Origin: Octopus sinensis
Lineage: Eukaryota
Assembly: GCF_006345805.1 (NCBI RefSeq)
Contig: NC_043003.1
Location: forward strand, 93,372,001-93,436,000
DNA: 64,000 nucleotides
Direction: 5' to 3'
The notes under the pieces are model-generated. The model ran no database searches and had not been told where the DNA came from. It was given only the letters and a program-made list of their open reading frames with translations. Shown piece by piece: positions 40,691 through 52,160 of this stretch. Each line of letters starts with the position of its first letter. The stretch's first letter is position 1. The position numbers and the translations under genes were made by a program.

Positions 40691-40799
40691 TAGACAAGAG
40701 GAAGGGATTATACACTCGACCTTTACTGGCTTTCGAAGTTGTTTGAAGATGATGTGTTGTCTGAAGATGATGTGTCTGAAGACAATGTGTTGATGTCTG

Positions 40800-41200
40800 A
40801 AGATGATGTGTTTCCAGAGAGTTGTCGTTCTTGAGTAAAAGATTGGGTATTATGATTAAAGTAAATCTTAAGTGTAGAGATAAGTGTATCGGTTATGTCT
40901 CAGTGTAGGAAATGAAAGAAAAATCGAGAATAGTATCATCTATATATGAATGAAGCCTTTTAATGTACAGAAGGGACTAAAACAGTGATATGGAATTGAT
41001 AGTGTGAACCAGAGAGAACGCCATCGGCACTTGCTGAGATGGTGCGATCAAACAAGTCTATGGTGGAGATGATATGAATATAGTGAATATAGCTATCTCT
41101 GTAGAACAGAGGCAGTTGTAGTCGAGGTAGAACGGCATAGATATGAGATTATATACCTGCAGATAGAGATTGGAGCGATTAAGCGAATCAGTCTTTACTA
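40800..41200 (-). mobile_element. Possible Penelope-like RT remnant
   Basis: Minus frame HSYIDDTIL...HLRFT resembles Penelope (W)RYIDD...HPNLKFT; heavily decayed. Confidence 0.4.
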
Positions 41201-41499
41201 ATCAGCTGAGTGGCTTTCTTTTAAATGCGGTCTTGGAGGTATTCTTTTATTCCTTTATACGTTTCAGACCAAAGACTGTGGCCATGCTGAGGCACCGCCA
41301 GTATATTTGTAGCAACAGCAGCAGTACCGTCCCATATCCGAGAACCTTATTCAGTTGTATTTTATTTGAGCTTCGTTTCGGAATATTTTCTGAGTTTGCT
41401 ATTCTGTAAATGTGGGACAGACGGTAAGAGGTGATCAGTAATGATATCGAAGCTTAGCAGTCATAGTGAGTTTAAGGATGAGGTATGGGGTTGTTCATT

Positions 41500-41794
41500 T
41501 GATATGTTACGACGACGAGCGTTCCAGTTGATCCGATCAACGGAATAGCCTGCTCTTGAAATAAACGTGCCTGTTGGTGAACACTCCACAAACAAGCAGA
41601 CCCTTAACATAGTTCTCAGGGAGATCCAGCTGACACTTTGAAAAACAGGTACTACTCATTTTTACCAAATGATTGGACTAGAACAACGTAAAATGAAGTG
41701 TCTTGCACAAGGAGATAACAGATATCCTGGAATTGAACTCATGACCTTACAATCGTAAGTCGAATACCCTAAACAATAAGTCACACGCCTTCAC
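41500..41794 (-). mobile_element. SINE family C, decayed
   Basis: Minus head gtgaaggcgtgtgacttattg..gagttcaattcc, CORE-like domain. Confidence 0.65.
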
Positions 41795-42118
41795 GATATG
41801 TTGTATATAAAGTCTGCATTAATACACACGATCGTCAAAAACATGATTCACATCGTGCAAAATTGAAGTAAATTCATTCTTTCCAAAGTATGCAATGAAG
41901 GAATTAACGGTTTTAGTGCTACGATAATTGTCTACTAAATGAAACGGAACTGAAAGAATAGTTCCATACAAAGCAGATATGGTAAACACAGAATCAATGT
42001 GTGAATGTGTAAGTGTATATGTATTTGCGTGTGTGCGTGTGTGTAAGACGCATACACACATGCGTATACACGTATTTGTGTGTGTATATATACACACACA
42101 TATATGTGTGTATATACA

Positions 42119-42515
42119 CGTTCCGAGTTCAAATTCCGCCGAGGTCGACTTTGCCTTTCATCCTTTCGGGGTCGATAAATTAAGCACCAGTTACGCACTG
42201 GGGTCGATATAATCGACTTAATACCTATGGCTGTCCTTGTTTGTCCCCTCTATGTTTAACCCCTTGTGGGCAATAAAGAAATATATGTGTGTATATATAC
42301 ACACATATATGTGTGTATAGGGAGAGGGATACATACATACACATACTCATGTATACACATACATATATAAGGCAATATAATCTCTCTATTGAGTTCAAAT
42401 TCCGCCGAGGTCAGCTTGGCCTTTCATAAATTAAGTATCAGTTGCGTACTGGGGTTGATGTAATCGACTGACCCCGTCCCCCAAATTTTCGGTCCTTGTG
42501 TCTACAGTAGAAAAG
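42119..42515 (+). mobile_element. Two 5'-truncated SINE family B copies
   Basis: gagttcaaattccgccgaggtc at about 42126 and 42392. Confidence 0.8.
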
Positions 42516-42859
42516 AATATAATCTCTCTATGTATGTATGTATGTATGTATGTATGTATGTATGTATGTATGTATGTATGTATGTATGTATGTATGTATG
42601 TACACACACATATATATGTATTTATATTGTGAGAAAAAAGTCGTCAGAATTTTGGAAAAAATCCTTATTATTAGCGTTTTTATCCCTCTCTGGAACTTGT
42701 TAAATGCAATTTTGTGAATATACAAACAGCTTGTTCATTTATATAAAACAGATGCTTTTTGGGGTTTTGTTTAGAAGAGAAGATTGTTTTTGTTTTTTGG
42801 GGATGAGGTTTCAAGACAATGGAGATGGATAGATAGAAATATAGGTAGGTAGATAGACT

Positions 42860-42955
<96 letters not shown>

Positions 42956-42964
42956 TATATATAT

Positions 42965-43036
<72 letters not shown>

Positions 43037-43213
43037 CCAGACAGATAGACAGATAGTTAGAGGGAAAGCGAGAAAGAAAGGGCATTCCTATTCACCTTTC
43101 ATTCATTTATTTAATTATTTTTTCCTTTACCATTGTATTGGAATGGGTTTAATGATGTTGACCTCTTAAAAATACATATATACATATACATATACATATA
43201 CATATATATATAT

Positions 43214-43255
<42 letters not shown>

Positions 43256-43534
43256 CATATATATATATGCATATATATATACAAATACATACATATATAT
43301 ATACATATATATTCATATATACAAATATATATTCATACATATATATACATACATATATATATACATACATATACATATGCATACATATGTACATACATAT
43401 ATATACATACATTCATATATACATATATATATAATATATACACATATATACATATCTACATACATACATGCATACATACATACATACATACATGAATGCA
43501 TACATACATACATACATACATACATACACATATA

Positions 43535-44789
43535 TCAGGTCAACCCATAAGTCCTGTCCTATTTTACATTTTTTAATATTGAATGAAATTTAATAGTATT
43601 TTAGAATGCTAATGGAATTAAAAATTATTTCTATGCATTTGTGTACATTTAAACTAATTAAATATTATTTTATAGAATAATAGAATTAAAAATTTCTTCG
43701 ATTAAAACTCTTTCTAACATGGAAGTATCCAAAGAGCAGTTGAGGCGCATAATGCTTTATGAGTACAAAAAAGGAAACTCTGCAGCTGAAGTGACTCGAA
43801 ACATGCACTCAGTTCATGGGAAAGAATGCTTGAATGAAAGAATTTTCACAAGATGGTTTGCAAAATTCAGAAGTGGAGATTTCAGCCTTGAAGATGAAGA
43901 TCGAACAGGACATCCAGTTGAGTTTGATGATAAGCTCCTTTAGGCATTACTTGAAGAAAATCCTGCAATATCAGTTGAAGAATTGACAATAAAGCTTATT
44001 TCAAACCATACAACCGTTCATTGTCATCTTCAACAACTTGAAAAGGTTCCTAACCTTGGAAAATGGGTGCCTCATGAATTGTCCGAAAGCAACCGCAAAT
44101 CCCGATTTGACATCTGCTCTTCTCTCCATTCTCGCGAACTCATTTCACCCTTTTTGGATAGACCTTTGACGAAAAATGGATCTCCTATCGAAATGTTAAA
44201 CGTCGTAAAAAGTGGCTTGGTAAAAGGGAAAAAGCTCAACCACAACCGAAAAAGGAACTTCATGGGAAAAAGATTCTTCTCTCTATCTGGTGGGATCGCA
44301 AAAGAGTAATTCACTTTGAATTGTTACCACCTAATACAACAATTAATGCGTTTAAACCAAGCTTTGAAGAAAAAAAGACCCGTTTTAGTGAATCGAAAGG
44401 ATTGGTGTTTCATCAGGACAATACGCGACCTCACACTGCAAAGATCTCTTCACAGAAGATAGAAGAGTTTGGTTGGGAAAAAGTTCCTTATCCACCTTAT
44501 TCTGTCGACCTTGCTCCTTCAGACTACCATTTGTTTCATAGTTTACAAACTCATTTGGCGGACATAACTTTCACCAGCCAGAAGGAGGTCGAAACTGACC
44601 TTTCAGAGTTATTCGCTTTGAAACCAAAAGAGTTTTACATTGATGGGATTTAAAAGCTTGTAAATAGATGGAAGGAAGTCATAGATAATCAGGGGGGGGT
44701 ACATTGATGATTAAATTTCAATTAAATATAACATTTGATCACTTGTTTACTTTATTCAAAATTCGGACAGAACTTATGGGATGAGCTGT
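43535..44789 (+). mobile_element. Full-length decayed mariner
   Basis: TA-flanked TIRs tcaggtcaacccataagtcctgtcc / ggacagaacttatgggatgagctgt; transposase 43719-44713 with GKWVPHEL, FHQDNTRPH and YSVDLAPSDYHLF; stops and frameshifts. Confidence 0.95.
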
Positions 44790-44832
44790 TACATACATAC
44801 ATACATACATACATACACACACATATATACAA

Positions 44833-44876
<44 letters not shown>

Positions 44877-45014
44877 TATATATACAAATGCATATATATG
44901 TTACCATATATATATATATATATATATACATAATACATACATACATACATGCATACATACCTACATACATACATACATATATATATATATATTATAATAT
45001 ATATATATATATAT

Positions 45015-45135
45015 ATTTATTATATAGAAGGAGCTTCTACAGGACTAGAACTGTTTCATTCAAGAGAAATCTTCTGAAGATTTCTCTTGAATGAAACAGT
45101 TCTAGTCCTGTAGAAGCTCCTTCTATATAATAAAT
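45015..45135. repeat. Perfect 121 bp palindrome centred on a hammerhead-like core
   Basis: 60 bp arms around T45075; right arm reads CTGAAGA-T-TTC-TCTT-GAA-T-GAAA-CAGTTCTAG-TC. Confidence 0.9.
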
Positions 45136-45201
45136 TAATTTTACTCTGCTATGTATTGAGTACCTTATTTACTGTGGTTAACCCCGAATCAACCCAGGAC
45201 C

Positions 45202-45261
<60 letters not shown>

Positions 45262-45523
45262 GTATGTATATAAATGACGTGGACATCGTTCTTTGAACAC
45301 ATAGCTTTCTGGCTGTTTTACGTGCATTTAATAATTTTACACAAACAAGCACACACACACACACCCGGCTGCCTAATAATGCAGCAAGAAAATATTATCT
45401 TAATGCATGCCTGTAATTTTTATATGCTTGTTTAGCTATGTGTCTGCATGACTATGTTTGCATGCCTGCATCTATGCATATATCCATACCTCCCTTAATA
45501 CACACACATATATATATCCATTA

Positions 45524-45631
<108 letters not shown>

Positions 45632-45821
45632 GTTGATACTTTCTTTCCACGTGTACAGTGTCTTTTGAAAAGTCACCTTCATAAGCATTGTATAGCGGTA
45701 ATGTGATAGAAAATCGCAACCTCCCACTGGGTGGTCCCAGCGAAAACATCGTTAACAAGCAAGAAGCGAGATTGTCTGAAGAGTTACTTAGATAAAACCA
45801 CCCATACACACATCTCAGAGA

Positions 45822-45873
<52 letters not shown>

Positions 45874-46046
45874 GAGTGAGAGAGAGAGAGAGAGAGTGAG
45901 AGAGAGAGAGACAGACAGAGAGACAGACAGATAGAGAGAAAGAAAGGAGAGAGAGGGGAGAGAGAGTCTATGTGTGTGTGCGTGTGTTTGTTGTGTGTGT
46001 GTGTGTATACATGTGCATAAGCATATAAACGGATACATATATATAT

Positions 46047-46077
<31 letters not shown>

Positions 46078-46078
46078 A

Positions 46079-46244
46079 AGGCGCAGACGTGACTGTGTGG
46101 TAAGAAGGTGCTTCCCAACCACATGGCTATAGGTTCAGTCCCATTGCGTGGCACCTTGGGCAGGGTGTCTGCTTCTATAGTGTGTCGGGCCGACCAAAGC
46201 CTTGTTAATGGATTTGGTAGATGCAAACAGGAAGAATCCCTTTC

Positions 46245-46278
<34 letters not shown>

Positions 46279-46317
46279 TGTGGTGTGTGGTGTGTGTTGT
46301 ATGTTGTATGTGTGTGT

Positions 46318-46362
<45 letters not shown>

Positions 46363-46445
46363 TATGTATTATATATTGATGTAGTATTTATGTTTCTTTC
46401 TTTTGTGTCCATTTTGTCTTCCCACCGATGCTTGACAACCCGACG
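46079..46445 (+). mobile_element. SINE family A, decayed
   Basis: aggcgcagacgtgactgtgtggtaag head, microsatellite, partial tail. Confidence 0.75.
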
Positions 46446-46548
46446 TTGTAGGCAAATCAAACAAAGAAAACTTAAGCCAATACATAAGATTATTTAATTT
46501 ATATTATTAAATATATAACAAATTATTAAAAAAATATAATTAATATCA

Positions 46549-46614
46549 CACTACGATCGTTTCATGCCTGCTAACTTCTTAAAATTTTTGAGTCGCAGTC
46601 ATTCATCAGGTGGT
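46549..46614 (-). ncRNA. Minimal type I hammerhead motif (left arm)
   Basis: cac-CTGATGA-ATG...CAT-GAAA-CGATCG-TA-gtg; palindromic stem III CGATCG. Confidence 0.65.
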
Positions 46615-47075
46615 TTAAATATCTAAAATATAATCAATATTTTTAAGATATAAATAATATATATAATATAATAATTTTACTTATAATAAACTCTATTATT
46701 AAATATGATTATATCGAAATCGACTATAATGTTAAATATTAACTTTAATTTATAAGGTAGAAAATCCATAATCTAATATCAATATTAGTCTATAGATATA
46801 TTTTAGATCTTGATTATAATCATCATCATCGTTTAACGTCATATTTTCATTGATAATTTATATATATTAGTCATTTTAAATATTTATGTAATTAGATATA
46901 GACTAATAATGATATTAGATTATGGATTTTCTACCTTATAAATTAAAGTTAATATTTAACATTATAGTCGATTTCGATATAATCATATTTAATAATAGAG
47001 TTTATTATAAGTAAAATATTATATTATATATATTATTATATCTTAAAAATATTGATTATATTTTAGATATTTAAA

Positions 47076-47140
47076 CCACCTGATGACTGACTGCGACTCA
47101 AAAATTTGAAGAAGTTAGCAGGCATGAAACGATCGTAGTG
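47076..47140 (+). ncRNA. Minimal type I hammerhead motif (right arm)
   Basis: CTGATGA 47080-47086, GAAA 47126-47129, CGATCG, GUA triplet ending 47137; first stem II base is C instead of A. Confidence 0.6.
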
Positions 47141-47947
47141 TGATATTAATTATATTTTTTTAAATAATTTTGTTTATATTTAATAATATAAATTAATAAT
47201 CTTATGTATTGGCTTAAGTTTTTCATTGTTTGATTTGCCTAATAGTGGTTTTGTCTCTAATTTAAATAATAATATATTTATATATATATATATATATATA
47301 TATAGTATATATATTAGGAAGTAATTAGCACAAAAATTAGACATGTAAGGGACAAATGCTGTATTAGTATAATGCTTAAAAATAAAGGAAGAGATCATTC
47401 GGATCCTAGTCCTTCATCACAAAAAAAAAAGAAAATAGAAAAGAAAAATGAGAAAATTTGGCGGGAAAGAAAAACTAAGGAAGAAAAGAGAGAGGGGTTT
47501 GGGGCCAAAGGGGAATGCAGTTCTATAAGGGAGTTGGGAAGGGAGGAGGAGACGGTGTGTTATGTGCATGTATAAGAAAGCATCTGTGTATATGGATGAG
47601 AGTAAGAGGAGATATATGTCGTTGTATTGGGTGCGTGTGTTTTCTTGGGATGTATGTAGGTTTATAGACGTGTGCAAGTATGGGAGTGCAGTGGCGTGAG
47701 ATAGTGGGGGGAAAGGGGGGAGAGAATGGCGTGTAAGTGTAATCGTATTGTCCGTGGAAGGGAAATGTGAAGAAGCGAAGGTGGTGGGAGGTGAAAGGTG
47801 AGATAACTCGAATGTGGCATTTAAGAAAATCCTATCTATATCCATGCACACTTCTCTTACACACATACCTACACACATACACACATACATTTACTCATTT
47901 CTGTCATTGGGCAGCGGCCACACTGTGACGCCACCTTGGACAAATCG

Positions 47948-48168
47948 CGGCAAGCTGGCAGAAACGTTAGCACGCCGGGCGAATTGCGTAGCCGTATTTC
48001 GTCTGTCTTTACGTTCCGAGTTCAAATTCCGCCGCGGTCGACTTTGCCTTTCATCCTTTCGGGGTCGATAAATTAAGTAGCAGTTACGCACTGGGTCGAT
48101 GTAATCGACTTAATCCCTTTGTCTGTCCTTGTTTGTCCTCTCTGTGTTTAGCCCCTTGTGGGTAGTAA
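47948..48168 (+). mobile_element. SINE family B, monomeric
   Basis: cggcaagctggcagaaacgttagc...gtgggtagtaaa. Confidence 0.9.
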
Positions 48169-48554
48169 ATAGTAACCTTGAACAAATCGCCCCCAATACT
48201 TACTCCAATTGTCTCTTTTTTGCCGCTCTGCTAAGTTACGTGTGCGTAAACAAACCAATATCGGTTGTCAAACACAAAGCCCGAAGACACAAACACATAG
48301 GTGTATACATACGTACATATATATGAGTATATATATGTGTGTGCGTGTGTGTATAAATTTAAGTCAACGAATTTTTTGCATTTTGTATTAATGTAGATAA
48401 GTAAAATATTTATTATTAGATATGATAATATAAATTTGTCGCGACTTTTGGGTTTTCTTATTGTTAAATAAAAGTTCATCAAAATATTTCTTTGCCATTT
48501 ATGACTTTACACGCACACACACCACACACACACACACACACACACGCACACATA

Positions 48555-49150
48555 TTTTGAGCAGGGTAGCTCACATAGCCAGGACCTGGTCTTGGCGGTG
48601 GCTGTCCCTGAAAGGGAGGTCGCAAGTAGCCAATGTGTTCATTGCATCGGTCAATACCTACCGCCTAACCGTCGTTCCTTGCCCGGATTCATGGTTGACC
48701 AAGCTAGAAACACAGCCCTTTCGCTTTTTGTGGAAGGGCCCGGATCCACTTGTAAAACGCTCTATTTGCTGCCAAAGACCGTTAAAGGGAGGACTAGGGA
48801 TGCCTTGGCTGTTGATGCGCAGACATCTCTGGATCCTTCTGGATGGTGAACAAGTGTGGTCTCCGCTGGCGAAACAGATGTTTCCCTCGTTCGCTAGATT
48901 CAGTGGACGGGAAGCCTGGTGCTTTCGTAGATCTCGGTTGAGTGAATGGCATACGGAGTGTCGCAAGGCCCTCCTGCTATTCCGCTAACAGTAGCTTTCT
49001 ATAGAGGGTTGGTAGAGGCTGGATGTGACGATGCCTTGGGGGAGATTCTGGGTCTCGAGTAAATTCGACTCGACAGTCTGTTTTTCCGTACATTTGGGTT
49101 GAGGACGCTGGATAACTTCCAAAAGTCCTTGACCTGGTAATGTTACAGAG
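48555..49150 (+). mobile_element. Tx1/L1-clade LINE ORF2 fragment
   Basis: WLSLKGRSQVANVF..YRLTVVPCP..LE..FRFLWKG..VKRSICCQRPLKGGLGMP, the post-RT region of L1/Tx1. Confidence 0.85.
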
Positions 49151-49289
49151 GAGCCTTGCCTGTTCGGAATACATATATAGGTATGTCCGTACGTACGTTC
49201 ATGTATGTATGTATAGATAGACAGACAGACAGACAGACAGACCAGACAGATAGATACATACATACATACATACATACATACATAGTTTG

Positions 49290-49510
49290 AACCATTGCTG
49301 GAGCCTGCTGCTATGCCAAGCAATGCATGTGCATGATGCTTTTTTAAAGTGATGGGAGGCCTTGCACACAGCCAATCCCGGTCTGAACGACGATGACGGA
49401 TACCCGAAATAGAAGAACTAGCCAACGTCGTTGGCTGTCAACGAATCGCATGTTTTACATCAGAGTTTTCCTTATCTTCGAGTGATGTCCTAACAAGGAC
49501 TAGGGGGTCT
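49290..49510 (-). mobile_element. RTE-type LINE fragment
   Basis: SISGIRHRRSDRDWLC..HALLG resembles the RTE I..RRLRWLGHV..K..L.G tail. Confidence 0.5.
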
Positions 49511-49581
49511 CTCATACATGTATACATACATTCATACATACATACATGCATGGATGCATACATACATACATACATACATAT

Positions 49582-49612
<31 letters not shown>

Positions 49613-49964
49613 CATACATATATACATACATCTATACATACATACCTACATATATACATACAGACAGACAGAAAAAAGAAAGAAGGAAGTTCGTTTGATG
49701 CCGTAGAAATTCCTTTCTTTTTCTTACTTGCTTTCTTTATTTCGTCTTTGTTCTTTCAATTGCACCAGTTATCTTATACTACACCAATAAACAGTAATAG
49801 ACAGCAGGCATTCGTCTTTGAACCAAAACAAAATTTAATTCCCAAAATTAACCTTCGTCTACAAAATTTCAGTTGAGTCCCAAGATATTCCAGAAAATAG
49901 TGGGAGTGCCCCCTACACATACACACATCTTTATAAATTTCTAATACAAAGATGTAAATATATA

Positions 49965-49996
<32 letters not shown>

Positions 49997-50064
49997 CACC
50001 ACTCAGCGTAAGCAGTTCTTCTGGGGTGGAACTGAAAGTAGACGGCTGATTTTTAATATAGCAC

Positions 50065-50272
50065 ACGCGCATACAGGAAAAGTTTTGAATGTGGATTATT
50101 TCGGTTGTATTGCAGAGCCCTGAGAACCATCGAGAACATCACATGCTACCATCACGTTTCTAACACAGAAATGCGTGCGCGGTAGCATCATTCCGCAGCC
50201 TCCCACCTCCCGCCGGATGCACTGGTACGGATATGTCTCCGCCTCCTGCTAGATCACACTACCAGGGCCTTA
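50065..50272 (+). mobile_element. RTE-type LINE fragment
   Basis: RRMHWYGYVSRL motif. Confidence 0.55.
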
Positions 50273-50274
50273 CA

Positions 50275-50700
50275 ATGGTATACGGAGTGTCGCAAGGCCC
50301 TGCTGCTATTCTGTCGCTCGGGTAATGCCAGCGGTGGTGGTTCAACAGCAGCTTTCTATAGAGGGTTGGCAGAAGCTGGATGTGACGATGCCTTGGGGGA
50401 GATTCTGGGTCTCGAGGACGATGGATAATTTTCAAAAGTCCTTAACCTGGTAATGTTACAGAGGAGCCTTGCCTGTTCGGAATAAGCTTGCAAGACATGG
50501 TCAGTGCAACACGCCAACTTGCCCAAGCTGCGAGCTGGAAAAGACCCCCTTGACGGGCTCCGCACCAGATGCTTGGGTGTGATTAAGGAAGTTCACCAGA
50601 GGTTCGATATCATCTCGAAGGATGTAGAGGGGCTGAGACTGGACCGCCGGCGATGAGGGTGGGGAAACTGGTGGACCTGGTCGAATCTACGCACGATGAC
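50275..50700 (+). mobile_element. Second Tx1/L1 fragment overlapping in sequence with 48950-49150
   Basis: atacggagtgtcgcaaggccc...ctgttcggaata is duplicated and continues further 3'. Confidence 0.75.
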
Positions 50701-50957
50701 GTTTCTGGGAAAATCCCAGTGTTTATATCCTCCTCGATTTGGTATGGGAATCAAAAATAAAGCTATAAATAAAACGTGTAAATGTTGAGTTAAAAAACCC
50801 TTTAGTTAGGAAACGTCGAAGGGTGCCAGCCTCCGACATTTTCAGTCCAATGGATTTTGTAACCCAATAAAATGAAATTAAAAAAACTACCGATTTCCTC
50901 CTCAGAATCGGGCTAACGGCGATTTCTCTGAGAAATGAGCACCGCATGGTGAAGTGA

Positions 50958-51052
50958 CAACGCCATCGCGGCAACGCCATCACGGCAACGCCATCGCGGC
51001 AACGCCATCGCGGCAACGCCATCGCAGCAACGCCATCGCGGCAGCGCCACCG
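50958..51052. repeat. 14 bp GC-rich minisatellite (caacgccatcgcgg)x6 plus partial
   Basis: Direct reading. Confidence 0.9.
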
Positions 51053-51796
51053 AAGTAATTACGATAGGGCACAACTGACCACACCATTTGTTCTGGGGTG
51101 TGAGATCCATTGTCTCATCCCACTCCATATTATGTTACTTGCACCCTTTTTTCTTTTCTTTTTGTTTCCTTTCTCTGTTTTTTTTTTGTATTTAAATATT
51201 AAAACTTAAATATTAAAACTTAATACACTCAAAGAACTTAATAATCTCAAAGATATATCAATTGTTTATCTAATATAATGAAATCTTCGATTTCTAGACG
51301 TGATTGTAAAAAACAAATCATTTTATATCTCTCGAAGTATCTACATTCTTATAACGTAAACTAAATTAAACTGTTTATTAAAAAAAAAAAACGTAAAATG
51401 TTATCAACTGAGAAACTTCAAACTTTTGCAATTAGCAATTTATTATTTAACTATTTCTGGAAATTAAACTCCAAATGTAACGCGTGAAAGACTGCGATGT
51501 TTAGAGTTTATCTCTTTTGCAAGTATTTCTGTAATTATCCTGGTCTCACAGCTGTAGAATAGAAATATATAAATGAAATTTTTGAACAGTAGCATTCAAG
51601 TTCTTTCCTTGACTGGAAATTTCTAAATAAAGTAAAGTTTGTGCGATGAAACTAGTAATAACTGGTGTCTTTAGCTTAAAAGCATGCGTGTTATTTGAAA
51701 TGTTGCATCAAGAAAAACAACATTCACAAATCAGGGACATTAGAAAGTTGATGAATGCATGTATGTCTGCACACACGCACACACACCACACACACA

Positions 51797-51827
<31 letters not shown>

Positions 51828-52116
51828 CACTATAATGGAGAAAGCTATATTAAATATTTTCTGGAATATCTTGGGACTCAACTGAAATTTTGTAGACGAA
51901 GGTTAATTTTGGGAATTAAATTTTGTTTTGGTTCAAAGACGAATGCCTGCTGTCTATTACTGTTTATTGGTGTAATATAAGATAGCTGGTGCAATTGAAA
52001 GAACAAAAAAGAAATAAAGAAAGCAAGTAAGAAAAAGAAAGCTATATTAAAAATCAGCCGTCTACTTTCAGTTCCACCTCAGAAGAACTGCTTACGCTGA
52101 GTGGTGATATATATAT

Positions 52117-52160
<44 letters not shown>

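Larger units (their letters stand above)
46449..47241. mobile_element. Penelope-like fold-back with HHR in each arm
   Basis: About 345 bp inverted arms 46449-46794 and 46897-47241 with a spacer of about 100 bp. Confidence 0.75.

Noticed and set aside
50958-51052. CRISPR-like array
   Set aside because: Contiguous repeats without spacers in a eukaryotic context
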